Of a stretch of DNA of 37,869 nucleotides, positions 10,388 through 21,023 are shown piece after piece (the stretch's first letter is position 1; each line of letters begins with the position of its first letter). The notes below the pieces were generated by a model. It was not told where the DNA came from and ran no database searches. It saw only the letters and a list, made by a program, of their open reading frames with translations. Source of the DNA: Stramenopiles sp. TOSAG23-3 (taxonomy: Eukaryota); assembly GCA_900128585.1 (NCBI GenBank), contig LT642189.1:1-37869 (forward strand), read 5' to 3'. Both the position numbers and the translations under genes were made by a program.

Positions 10388-11290
10388 ATGGCCTCGCTCT
10401 TTGGTTTTGGCCCCTCGGCCAAGGTAGAAATTGAGATGGACGGGGCGGACGCGCGGGAGAAAATCACCGTCGAGAACGGCCCGGAGAAGAACAAATCGGA
10501 GCTTCTTATATACAAAGCCGGGGATATCATTGAAGGCAAAATTAAAGTAGTCCTGCCGCCAGGAAAGAAACTTGAACATATTGGCATTCGTTTGGAAGTT
10601 ATCGGCCTTATCGATATGTACTACGACCGGTCGAACAGCACTGAGTTTTGCTCGCGCTGCTCGGAACTCTCCCCGGCCGGCGTCTTGACTAGCACGACTG
10701 AGTACGCCTTCTCGTTCGAAAACGTAAACATGCAATTCGAATCGTACAACGGCACGAACGTCCAATTGCGCTACTTCCTAAAGGCCACCATTACACGCAA
10801 CTATAGTTCAAACATAACCAAAGAACAGGACTTGTGGGTGCAAGGGATAGGGGAGCCGCCGGAGATTAACAACAACATAAAAATGGAAGTTGGGATTGAA
10901 GACTGCCTTCACATCGAGTTCGAATACGACAAGCAAAAGTACCACATGAAAGACTGCATTTTGGGGAAAATATACTTTTTGCTAGTACGAATCAAAATCA
11001 AGCACATGGAACTAGCGATTATTCGGCGCGAAACGGTCCCGGGGTCGAGTGGGAGCACGGCGAGCGACACCGTCACGAAGTTCGAGGTGATGGACGGGGC
11101 GCCCATCCGCGGGGAATCCATCCCGATCCGGCTGTTTTTGGACGGGTACGAAAACTTGACACCGACCTACAAGATGGTCAACAACAAGTTTTCGGTGCGC
11201 TACTATTTAAACCTGGTTCTGGTCGACGAGGAGGACAGGCGGTACTTCAAACAGCAAGAGATTATTATGTGGAGGCATCAAATTGGCTAA
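10388..11290 (+). CDS. VPS26: Retromer subunit VPS26, 300 aa (ATG at 10388)
   Basis: Motifs [78 protein letters not shown] and [29 protein letters not shown] start context. Confidence 0.97.
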   Translation: MASLFGFGPSAKVEIEMDGADAREKITVENGPEKNKSELLIYKAGDIIEGKIKVVLPPGKKLEHIGIRLEVIGLIDMYYDRSNSTEFCSRCSELSPAGVLTSTTEYAFSFENVNMQFESYNGTNVQLRYFLKATITRNYSSNITKEQDLWVQGIGEPPEINNNIKMEVGIEDCLHIEFEYDKQKYHMKDCILGKIYFLLVRIKIKHMELAIIRRETVPGSSGSTASDTVTKFEVMDGAPIRGESIPIRLFLDGYENLTPTYKMVNNKFSVRYYLNLVLVDEEDRRYFKQQEIIMWRHQIG

Positions 11291-11519
11291 ACGTTTCGTG
11301 GTGGTGCAAAGGTTTGGTTGCTTTGCGCGCGCCGAGCCGGGCCGCGCACCAAGCCACCCTCCCGCGCGGTATAAAAATTTTAAAAAATATGTGCATTTAA
11401 GAACGTTCTAGTTATATTTCAATTCGTGCTTATGTAAAATGCATTTCATATTTACGTGCTCATACGCTTGGATTTTGCGTGGAACAAGAAACGCGGACAT
11501 TACTCTCGCCGGACTCCTC

Positions 11520-14216
11520 TCACTGGCCGTCGTACGCCATGTCCCCAAACTCAATCTCATCGGATTCCTCGTCGTCCCAGCCATCCCCTTCGTCGTCAAA
11601 AGGGTTGGAAACGGCCTGGGGCGCATCGTCGCCAGGGCCATCGTCAAAAGGGTTCTGAAGTTGCTCGGGGGCCGAGTTGCTGATATCGAGGGAAATTACT
11701 TCCGGCTCTATCGTGTCGTCGTCGTCGTAGCTTTTTGTAGGCTGCAGCATTCCCATGCCGTCCAGGGGGGCACTACTGGGCTTCTTTCCGGCCTTCTTCT
11801 TTTTGCTGCCTTCCGCGAACTGCGGGCTGGCGGCCATTCCCAGGGACGAAAACAAATCTTTGTTCGGCTCGGCATCCTCGGTAACGATCTTGATGCTTTT
11901 TCTATCCAACGACTTTCTTCCCTTCGAATTTCGTCGCGGTTTGCTGTCCTTGCGCTTTCCAGAAGAATTTACATTCAGTTTTAAGCGAACCTTCTCCTTA
12001 CGGACAGGGGCATTGCCCCCCCCCTTCGAATCCAGGGACTTCGGCGCCGCCCCCCCCACGGCTCAAGCTTCGCTTCGCCCCGGAGCCCCCGTCTTTGCCC
12101 CCCCCCTGAATTTTTTTCTTTTTTCACCGCTTTCTTCTTCTCTTTCTTCGCGGTCTTTCTCCCCTTCTTCGCCGGGGAAATCGTCGACGTCGTCGTCGTC
12201 GTCGTCGTCGTCCCAGCCCCAACCCTCTTCCATGTCGTCGATCGCCTCCGCGTCGTTATCTACTAGGGTACTTTTGGCATTTTCGCCGGAGCTGTCCGAG
12301 CGTGGAACGGGGGAAAAATTGCCAGTGCCGTCGGTTAGGGGGCTCGTGGCTTTGCCCTTGCACATTTTTCTACAAAAGAAAAGGACTCCGGCAAGAACAA
12401 CAAAAAACAAAAATTGGACCTGGCTGTTGTCTTCGCAAACGTTTTCCACGACATCGCTGGTCCCGATTGCTTCACACGTACCCGTAAGGAAAAACAGGCC
12501 AGCAAACGGTGGCGTCCATTTGCAGTCTGCGCCAATACAAACTTCGCAGTTAGTAAGCAGGGGGCACGAGCCTGCCGATGGCGAGCTGTCTCCGTTAGAG
12601 TCCCCATCCCCCGTGTCGCCCCCTCCCCCGTCGCCTCCGTCAGCCTTGGTGCAGACGTACGTAAAAACGTCCCTCTTTGTCGCCCCCGTGCACGCATCGC
12701 AGTCGGGGCCACACGTCCCATCGCTGTTGCTGCAGAAGAAGCGCTTGCCGGTGGGGGAGGCTTTACAAGACTCTGCCGATGGTTGGACACATTTCTTGTC
12801 CACTTGCGAGGAACCAGCATACCCGTTCACGTTAAACGGCGCATTGCAGTCCGTTTCGCAGTTTGCGACGCACTTTTTTGGATCATCCTCTGAGTTACCC
12901 ATGTCACAAAAATAATTCTTTGTAATGTCTAATGTGCAGTCGTTTTGCGTGACCTCTGGTTTTGGCGTGGCGGGTTTTGGCGTGGCGGGTTTTGGCGTGG
13001 TCGCTTTGGGGGTCGTAGGTGCCGGTGTGGTCCCTGCCGCTGTTGTCGCCACCGGTTTCTTGGTGGTGGTGGTGGTGGTGGTGGGTCCCGGTGTGGTCGC
13101 TGCTGCCGTTTTCTTAGTGGTGGTGCTGGTGGGTCCCGGCGTGGTCGCTGCCGCTGCTTTCTTAGTGGTGGTGGTAGTCGGCTTTGCTGTCGTCGTCGTC
13201 GTACCGACAGCTTCATACGCCAGTATCGGGAGGTTCAGGGACGGTTGCCTGAGGCCTTGCTGGTTCACTTTAAAATACGGCTGAACTCCAGATTTCCGAG
13301 GTTGCCCATTTTTCAAGACAAACTTGAAATTAAAAAGTTTCTCCTTGCAGTAGTTGGGACAAGGAGGGTCGGGACAAGGAAAAGTGTCCTTGACCGTCAG
13401 CACCAATGACCCGGGAGTTTTAAACCATGCCGCTTTGTCCTTGAACAAAATATCAGAACCAGGCTGCTGCAAAGCCATCTGCGGATTGTCTGGGGTTTGG
13501 GTCATCGTCATGTTTTCTATCGTAACTGTGTCTCCCGGCTTCAGCGCAAGGCCAGATGGTTCACATTTCAACTGGACAGAGATAGTGTTGTCTTTTCCAC
13601 TCGTTTTTACACTTTCAGACACAAGAAGGTCCTTGAAGGAGACGGGGGCCATGGTCGTCGTCGTCGTCGGAGGCATTTTGGTAGTGGTGGTCGGCTTGGA
13701 CGTTGTCGTGGTGGCCGGCTTCGTCGTCGTGACTGCCGCCTGTCCGGCCTCGTTCGCGGTTAGAATATTTTCGCCGTCGGATACTTTATCATCCGCCAAG
13801 ATCTCCAACGTCGGCTTAACCCCGGGGTTCTCTGTCGCACTATTTTTCAGCTTTATCCTGAATCGAACCAGCTTGCCCGCCGTTACCTCATTGCTCAACG
13901 TAAGGGTAAGCTTTCCAAGCGCTTGGTCCCAGGCGCCCTTGCCCCCCTCAACGTCTCCACTGGGCACCTCGGAGCCATCGGAGCCTTTGTAATAAACCGG
14001 CAGATCGGCCGTGGTCGGGGTTTGCGTCTTGGTCAACCCTGAAATTACTATTGTCGTGTTGGCGGCCGTCACCTCTGAACGCAAGAATTCAAAAAACAGG
14101 GTATTTTCAGCGCCTTGAACCTTGCTCGATTCACCCGCAATAAACACACTTATACCTGCGTTAGCAAGGGAAGCTAACGCCATCAACAGCACACATCTCC
14201 ACGTAAATGCCACCAT
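11520..14216 (-). CDS. Type I membrane glycoprotein-like protein: signal peptide, two ~125-aa beta-rich repeats, Thr/Pro/Lys mucin-like linkers, Cys-rich region, TM helix and acidic tail. In-frame TGA at 12065..12063
   Basis: Signal-like MVAFTWRCVLLMALASLANA from ATG 14216. The two repeats share ES.K..G..NT / TQTP / AW....G.L.LT / F...LKN / GV.P. TM segment VQFLFFVVLAGVLFFC. The downstream ORF 11520..12059 is in the same frame and looks coding (two NPFDD motifs, GWDDEE). Confidence 0.7.
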
Positions 14217-14583
14217 GTTCGCTCGGAGGGTCTTGCGGACGATTGTTGCAACCCTGGTCACTATTATTCTTCCCACAGTTCAAAATTGAAACGGCGAGAT
14301 AGAAAGTTTTGAAAGAAGGCAGCGTTACGTCACCAGAACCTCGGGGACTTCCACCTTGGGTGTGTTAATCAAATGCAGAAACGAAGACTAAATGCAAATA
14401 AATTCCGTATGACTGTATATAATCTTGCCTATTTGTTTTCTTAACTGTGTTTATTGAATACGGAATCGTTTCTATATTTTGGATTTATATTTACAGTATA
14501 CCATGGAATAATCAAACTCACAAAAACAACTATTCACAAAATCAACAAAATATTTTATTATTATTTTTTATTATTATTATTAG

Positions 14584-14735
14584 TAGAGAAGAATAGAGAG
14601 GGAGGACGGAGGGAGGGAGGACGGAAGAGGAAGGATGAAAGAAGAAAGAAGAAAGAAGAAAGAAAGAAGAAGAAAGAAAGAAAGAAGAAAGAAGAAAGAA
14701 GAAAGAAGAAAGAAAGAAGAAAGAAAGAGAAGAGG
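14584..14735. repeat. Polypurine tract with (AAGAAAG)n-type units
   Basis: Almost exclusively A/G, with repeated AAGAAAG/AAAG units. Confidence 0.8.
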
Positions 14736-15027
14736 CTTTTTTTTGTTTTATATTCCTTCTTCTTACTGTACTGTATTATTATTATTTTTATTTTAAATTA
14801 TAGTTTGTGATAATAGCGCTAACTGGAGGAGTGTGTTATTGTACTTTCTAGTTTATATTTTGTATTCTACTATATCCCTACCTATCTGTACATTTACTTA
14901 TAAGAATAGGGTTTTAAAACTATTATAAAGAATAGAGAAAGAAGAAGAAGAAGAATGAGAGGTTTGTTTTCTATAAATCTCTAATAAAATATAAATATCT
15001 CATCTCCTCTCCGTCTTCCTTCTTCCT

Positions 15028-15103
15028 CCTTCCTTCCTTCCTTCCTTCCTTCCTTCCTTCCTTCCTTCCTTCCTTCCTTCCTTCCTTCCTTCCTTCCTTC
15101 CTT
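15028..15103. repeat. (CCTT)19 microsatellite
   Basis: Nineteen exact tetramer units. Confidence 0.95.
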
Positions 15104-15427
15104 CCTCCCCTTCTTCTTCTCACTTTTACTCGTCGTTGGAATGAGCCGCCGCCGTGGTGTGTTGTTACCAAGGTAGAAGTAAAAAAATATAATAGTTCTT
15201 ATTAAATTATTATTGCGAATTGATTTTCTTGTTTTAACATGTACAGAATTATTACCTCCAAATGTAAACGAAGAGAAGTAAAGTATACGTGTGTGTGGTA
15301 AACTGTTTGTTCCTGTGGATTGGTCAAGGTTGTGGGTAACTGTTTCGTTTTTTGCCAAAGCATTCTCTTTTAAAGAAAGAGCGAACGTTGGTGTTTCTTC
15401 GCGTGCCCCCCAGCCAGCCAGCCAGCC

Positions 15428-18388
15428 ATGAGGCCCTCCCTTTTCCTGGAGCTTGTGTTGGTGCTTGCTTTGGGTTTTCTGGGGGTTATTTACGTTCGGG
15501 CAGACGCCTCTCGAGATATTGTCCCGACGTTGTCTACCACAAACCAATACATTGTGTCATTTCACGACTATCACGACGTCGATCGCCACGAGACTATTCT
15601 TGCGGGCATACTAGGCTCTCAGAGCAACGGGGCGTGGCAGCACGTTCCAAGAAAGAACTTGGCAACCAAAGCCTTCCCCAGCGATTTTGCTTTGGTGTTT
15701 CTCGGGAGGTTGGAATCGCAGGCAAAGAAGTTGCTGGCGCACCACATCGTGAAACGGGTCTCGGCCGAACAAAAGTATTCGGGAAAACCCGCTGCCCCGC
15801 AGCACAAAAATAGACGAGCGCAGTTCGGGAGGGCCTCCCTTGGCCTGTCGTGGTCCCGTTCCGTGAGAGACGGCGCGACGGCAGGGGCGTTTCGGCAAAC
15901 TTCACGGCGGCCCGAGACGTACAGCTTCAACAAATTTCGCGCCCCCCCGTTTCCATTTGCCACCGACCCCTGGGATGGCAAAAGGGGGGCTCTCCACGAC
16001 TCGGGAAGTAACCAACGCCGGACCCTAAAGTTTGGGTGGGGGGATTCGAAGGAAAACCTCTTCAAGGCGCACAAAGATTTTGCGGGCGACATAACGGGTG
16101 CATTCCACGCGTCGAAAATATGGAAGGCTGGCTTCAAAGGCAAAGGCATCAGGGTGGCCGTTTTTGATACGGGTGTGAAAAAGAACCACCCCCACTTTGA
16201 AGATGTAGAAGAGCGGACAAACTGGACCGATGAGCCAAGCCTCGGAGACGGGTTAGGCCACGGGAGTTTCGTCGCCGGAATCATAGCGAGCAGCAAAGAG
16301 TGCCTTGGGTTCGCCCCGGAGGCAAGCATTTTCACGTACCGGGTGTTTACCGACGGGCAAGTTTCGTTCACGTCGTGGTTTTTGGATGCGTTTAATTACG
16401 CAATTTTTCGGGACATGGACATTTTGAACCTGAGCATTGGGGGGCCGGACCACTTGGACATACCGTTTTACGAAAAAGTCCGGGAGCTCGCGGCGCACCA
16501 AGTCGTTGTCGTGTCTGCCATCGGGAACGACGGCCCGCTGTGGGGCACGTTGAACAGCCCTGCCGACCAGCCCTCGGTGCTGGGCGTGGGGGGGGTCGAC
16601 AATTACTTCGACATGGCATCGTTTGCCTCAAGGGGCATGACTACGTGGGAGCTACCGGAGGGGTACGGTCGGGTGAAACCCGACGTGGTCTCTTTTGCAG
16701 CGGGCCTTCGGGGATCCGCGATCAATGGCGGGTGCAGACGGTTGGGTGGAACGAGCGTTGCCTCGCCCGTGATTGCTGGTGCGGTGACCCTGCTGGCAAG
16801 CGTCTTTCCCAAAGAAAAGCGCAAGGCTTTGATAAACCCCGCGACGATCAAGCAGATAATCGTCGAGTCCGCGGTGCCCATAAAGGTCGAGGGGAAGCAC
16901 ACGGCGAGCATCTATGAGCAAGGGGCAGGCCTGCTAAATTTAGAGGGCGCGTTTGAGCTGGCGAAAAAGGCTTCCCCCCGACCCAGCCTGCACCCTTCCA
17001 AAATGGACATGACCGATTGTAACTACATGTGGCCTTTCTGCCAGCAAGACGTTTATGCCCACGCTATACCAACCATCTTTAACTTTACGCTGCTGAACGG
17101 TATGGGCGTCGTCGGGAAAGTAACGGAGTCCAAGTTTACCCCGACCACGAACGGGGAACATTTGAACGTTAAAATAACCCATTCTGATGTTGTATGGCCT
17201 TGGGTGGGTCACGTTGCCGTCCACATGACGGTGCCCGCGTCCTCGAGCAAGTGGAGTGGAATAGTTGAGGGAACACTAAGCGTTGTGGTGGAATCGCCGC
17301 CGCCGATAGGGTCACCGGAAGGGACCGACCCGCTCCAGAAGACGGCGACGGCACTGCTAAAAGTGCGGGTGCAGCCAACTCCATTGCGAAGCAAACGGAT
17401 ATTGTGGGACCAGTTCCATAATGTGAGGTATCCTGCAGGATTCTTCCCTCGTGACAATTTGGACGACAACGACGAACAGTTGGATTGGCACGGGGACCAC
17501 CCTCATACTAATTTTCACGGCCTGTACGATACTTTGCGGGGCGCAGGGTATTACTTGGAAGTTCTTGGCAAAGACTTTACCTGCTTTGACGCCGAGAACT
17601 ACGGGACGTTGCTGATTGTAGACGCGGAAGAAGAGTATTTTCCAGAGGAGCTGAAAAAGCTGGAAACGGACGTAAAGCGGCACGGCCTCAATATTATTGT
17701 TTTTGCCGACTGGTACAACGAAGACGTTCTGAAGAAAGTCAGATTTTTTGACGAGAACACCCGGGAATTTTGGACGGCCTCGACAGGTGGTGCGAACATT
17801 CCGGCAATTAACGATCTTCTGCGCCCGTACAATATCGCTTTTGGCAATCGCGTTTTGAAAGGCGATTTTGCGGATTCCCACGGCAAACGAAAAGTACGGT
17901 TCGTTTCGGGGAATGCCATTTCTATTTTTCCGAAGACTGGGAAAACGTTCAAGAAGTCAATGGCGGACTACGGCAGCAGTTTTTTGAACAGGGGGTCGCA
18001 CAACGTAGACGTCCACATAATGGGAATTACACAAGTCCTCCCGAAAGCCGCCGATGGAGAAAGCAGCAACGCCGGAAGGATCGCTGTGTACGGAGACTCG
18101 AACTGTTTAGATAGCAACCACATGCGTGGTGGGGACTGTTACTGGCTTTTAAAAAGCATGCTTTCGTACACGATGGAGAACCAGGTAGACGACACGTTGG
18201 CCGCGATGCTTCAAAGCGTATCGGAGTTAGAATCAAGTGCCCCGTCGTCCCAGATAGACATTTTTATGGACAAAAATGCCGGCCCAGTACCAAAGCGAAT
18301 GCCCGATAGCGAAGTTCAAATGAAGAAGCACTCAAAAGTCTTGGGGGGGGGGAAGAGGCCGAAGTGTTTAAAAGGAAATGGCCAGTAA
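15428..18388 (+). CDS. MBTPS1: Site-1 protease (SKI-1/S1P, subtilisin family S8), 986 aa
   Basis: Catalytic triad motifs VAVFDTG, HGSFVAG and GTSVASP; S1P-type segments SFTSWFLDAFNYAI, RGMTTWELPEGYGRVKPD, LWDQFHNVRYP.GFFPRDNL and YGDSNCLD; RRTL (RxxL) prodomain site; hydrophobic N-terminus. Confidence 0.95.
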   Translation: MRPSLFLELVLVLALGFLGVIYVRADASRDIVPTLSTTNQYIVSFHDYHDVDRHETILAGILGSQSNGAWQHVPRKNLATKAFPSDFALVFLGRLESQAKKLLAHHIVKRVSAEQKYSGKPAAPQHKNRRAQFGRASLGLSWSRSVRDGATAGAFRQTSRRPETYSFNKFRAPPFPFATDPWDGKRGALHDSGSNQRRTLKFGWGDSKENLFKAHKDFAGDITGAFHASKIWKAGFKGKGIRVAVFDTGVKKNHPHFEDVEERTNWTDEPSLGDGLGHGSFVAGIIASSKECLGFAPEASIFTYRVFTDGQVSFTSWFLDAFNYAIFRDMDILNLSIGGPDHLDIPFYEKVRELAAHQVVVVSAIGNDGPLWGTLNSPADQPSVLGVGGVDNYFDMASFASRGMTTWELPEGYGRVKPDVVSFAAGLRGSAINGGCRRLGGTSVASPVIAGAVTLLASVFPKEKRKALINPATIKQIIVESAVPIKVEGKHTASIYEQGAGLLNLEGAFELAKKASPRPSLHPSKMDMTDCNYMWPFCQQDVYAHAIPTIFNFTLLNGMGVVGKVTESKFTPTTNGEHLNVKITHSDVVWPWVGHVAVHMTVPASSSKWSGIVEGTLSVVVESPPPIGSPEGTDPLQKTATALLKVRVQPTPLRSKRILWDQFHNVRYPAGFFPRDNLDDNDEQLDWHGDHPHTNFHGLYDTLRGAGYYLEVLGKDFTCFDAENYGTLLIVDAEEEYFPEELKKLETDVKRHGLNIIVFADWYNEDVLKKVRFFDENTREFWTASTGGANIPAINDLLRPYNIAFGNRVLKGDFADSHGKRKVRFVSGNAISIFPKTGKTFKKSMADYGSSFLNRGSHNVDVHIMGITQVLPKAADGESSNAGRIAVYGDSNCLDSNHMRGGDCYWLLKSMLSYTMENQVDDTLAAMLQSVSELESSAPSSQIDIFMDKNAGPVPKRMPDSEVQMKKHSKVLGGGKRPKCLKGNGQ

Positions 18389-18495
18389 TTTGTTTTAGAA
18401 GAGAGGGAGTAAGAAGTTGCATTTTAAAAGCTGCAGAAGGCGCCAAAGGTAGTAAAATTTAAGTTACCATTAAAATAAATATATATGATAATGGC

Positions 18496-18729
18496 ACTAT
18501 ATAATTTGTTTTTTTTAATGATAATGGCAAGAAAACCACAGGAGCAGAAATAAATTCGCAGTACATATAATTTGTTTTTTTAAATTCGCAGTAAATGAAC
18601 AAGGAAGTATGCAACTAATGGAAGCTGGACACTAGGAGCAAAACTAAATTCGTGGTACATGAAGGTAGTGAAACTTTTCTGGACATAAAATTTCAAACAC
18701 CCAGATAATAAAAAAACAAATTATATAGT
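18496..18729. repeat. 20-bp perfect inverted repeat enclosing short direct repeats
   Basis: ACTATATAATTTGTTTTTTT (18496-18515) pairs with AAAAAAACAAATTATATAGT (18710-18729); a third partial copy lies at 18565-18581; TAAATTCGCAGTA occurs twice. Confidence 0.7.
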
Positions 18730-18841
18730 ATGTTAACACCCAGATATATTAATAACAGCCGTTAATTTTGTTATCAAACAACAAAAATTGCGTAAAACAT
18801 ATTTGATAATATTTTCATTTTAGAGATCATTCTCGGACACT

Positions 18842-19888
18842 TCAGGTGCATAGTCCCTTCGATTCATCACTTTTTGGATCAAACTTGACGACCGAGGCAA
18901 AAATTTTACTACGACGTGGTTTTGAAGAGTTAACTTTGCTCTTATGCTCTTCGTGGACGGTTCTTTCTTCGTGGACGGTTCTTTCTTCGTGAATATTTCT
19001 TTCTTTTTCAATCAGAAAACTTAAGCTTTCCCATGACGAAGACAAGGGCGCGATTGGCGGATGAATGGACAAATCCAGCGCTGCCTTCGCTTTCTTCGAC
19101 CGTGCAGTTTTGGGAAATGCTGACGTTGGACTCTTACGCTTTTTTGAAGCTTTACTACCTTTCTTGGCGCCGGATTTTTTCTTCTTGCTGGATGATTTAC
19201 CAGCTGGCTTAACGACTGCAGAAGATCGATTGTTAACCTTCGCCGGGGGACTGGAAAATGTTGTTGTTCTTTGTGCACCGCCCAATCTTGAGTGTGGGTG
19301 CGTGCCCATCGTTGGCGGCATGGGTGGGGCTTCCGCCGTCCTACGGTGCCCAGGGGACGATATGACAGTGGGTTTGGGAGAGGACTTCCCCTGCACCGAG
19401 GACACGGCTGCGTGCGCCTTAGCATGGCGTCGTTTTCGAGTCTTTGGGGTTGGCCTGGTCGCCATGTACTCGATCCACTTGCGAAAAAATACCATAACGT
19501 GTTCTGCTATGACGCTTTGCGAGAATTTCTTGTAGTATTTTACCACAGCGCCAGATTTCTTTGCGACACCAGCAACACTGCTCTCATCAATATAGAACCG
19601 CCCTTCACTATTTATCCGAACCACGGCGCGGAAATTATTTGCAACGTGTGCTGCTGAACTAGGGTCAATAAATCTGGACCCGACCCTAATCTGTCTAGTT
19701 TCAAACAACATTTTTACACCATATCTCTCACACCCTAAGGTATTGACGCAGCACACCACATTGTGTGGCAGACTTTGTTTAACGCCCCCCTTCTTTTTCG
19801 GCACTAACTCAATTGGTCTCACTACGTCGCTGCTGGTTATAATAGCACTAACCTTAGGAGAATTCACAAAGTGCTGGAGGCTGCACAT
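18842..19888 (-). CDS. Hypothetical protein, 348 aa, with a basic Ser/Lys/Pro-rich C-terminal half
   Basis: Long ORF in coding-like GC sequence, with a globular-looking N-terminal ~145 aa and NLS-like KTRKRR/KKRK clusters. No family recognised; start uncertain. Confidence 0.55.
   Translation of the reverse strand: MCSLQHFVNSPKVSAIITSSDVVRPIELVPKKKGGVKQSLPHNVVCCVNTLGCERYGVKMLFETRQIRVGSRFIDPSSAAHVANNFRAVVRINSEGRFYIDESSVAGVAKKSGAVVKYYKKFSQSVIAEHVMVFFRKWIEYMATRPTPKTRKRRHAKAHAAVSSVQGKSSPKPTVISSPGHRRTAEAPPMPPTMGTHPHSRLGGAQRTTTFSSPPAKVNNRSSAVVKPAGKSSSKKKKSGAKKGSKASKKRKSPTSAFPKTARSKKAKAALDLSIHPPIAPLSSSWESLSFLIEKERNIHEERTVHEERTVHEEHKSKVNSSKPRRSKIFASVVKFDPKSDESKGLCT
18948..18991. repeat. 18-bp tandem repeat (2.4 copies) encoding HEERTV units
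   Basis: TCTTCGTGGACGGTTCTT x2 plus 8 bp. Confidence 0.85.
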
Positions 19889-21023
19889 TTGACTAGATCT
19901 TTACACTAAGCACGCGGACAGAGAAAAACTTGAGCTGGCGTTCACTCTACCGACGCCCGCTCCCTTTTCGCAGGTGTATGAATGCCCTTCCTTCGGGGAG
20001 GGGGGTTGGGGTTCGGGCTGTAGAAATAATACTCTCTATCGATTTGTTCCGACACAAACCTTCCGGGCTAAATGTTTACCGGTGGAGCAAACGACCTCCT
20101 GATCAGTTGCAGTGTGATTTCCATCGTGCTCAACGTGTTACCAATCTCGTTTCGCTTGAAGTTCTTTCCACATACTAATGATTCCTCCTCTTACGTTGGT
20201 TGTGTTGTTGGTACTACCTATAAGGAGCGAGCAAAAACAACAACAAACAAAGAAGTTTTTTTTTTTTTTTTTAAATAAATGAAAAACTAAATCTCAATGC
20301 TGTGTCTATGTTATTTACAATTGCCCAGAATTAATTTAATTATTATTCTATTGAAAAGACTCATAAAATAACAGTTGCTATGTCCCTTTATATATGATAT
20401 GAAATTTGTCTAATTTGTTCTATTCCACTTCTATTGTCGCATGCCATAAAACACACTACAGAGCATTGAAAACACAAAACTCTCATCTCATTGACAGAAA
20501 TCCTGTTTTAATAAAATATACTTATATATAATATATCCTATATAAACAATACACTAAGAAGAGAGTACAAATCTCTAAACCATTTATACTTATATTGGAT
20601 ATTAATAGATAGGGGATAGGGATAGGTACACAGTGTACATTAGAATACTATATAATTATTGGTAAATCTCAAAATTCCTTTCTCCTTATTTTATTAGGAT
20701 TTTACTAACACTATTTATTTAAGGTATTTAAAACATTATTTATATATAAAGTATAATTATTTGTATAATTATTTCCTATTCTTCAATGTTGGTTTTTAAA
20801 TGAAATGCGTTTCATTTAAAATATTTTATAAAAACTTCTTCTTTTTTTGCTTTTGACTTTTGTGATTTTGACCGCTTAACTTAACTTCAGTTAAAAGCTA
20901 AGCTTATTTTTTAAGCTAAACCAAACCAAACCAAACCTCAACCTAAGATAAGTAAAGTAAAGTAAAGTAAAGTGGACAGGACAGGAGGATAGGATGACGC
21001 CAATGTATTTCATGTTGTTTTGT

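Noticed and set aside
11420..11470. Possible SECIS element making TGA 12065 a selenocysteine codon
   Set aside because: ATGA...AAA...GA spacing exists, but the stem next to the core does not pair, and the TGA lies in a low-complexity tail with no redox motif.
11755..12915. Long antisense or overlapping ORFs (e.g. 11755..12915 +, 31772..32647 -, 15619..16371 -, 6017..6742 +)
   Set aside because: Shadow frames of real GC-rich genes with no recognisable motifs.
4268..14332. TTACGTCA bZIP-like site upstream of CSN7 (4268-4275) and of the membrane-protein gene (14325-14332)
   Set aside because: Only two occurrences; not distinguishable from chance.
9262..15125. Rule that each gene has a sense-strand pyrimidine tract upstream (mirror symmetry in divergent spacers)
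   Set aside because: Holds for 8920-10387 and 14217-15427 but is reversed in 2217-4293 and mixed in 29300-31303.
14454..15547. Short ORFs in AT-rich spacers (poly-F/L/S or RKEG repeats)
   Set aside because: Translations of microsatellites and purine/pyrimidine tracts.
10388..18388. VPS26, membrane receptor-like gene and S1P as a secretory-pathway gene cluster
   Set aside because: Alternating strands and no shared element; adjacency of housekeeping genes is readily explained by chance.
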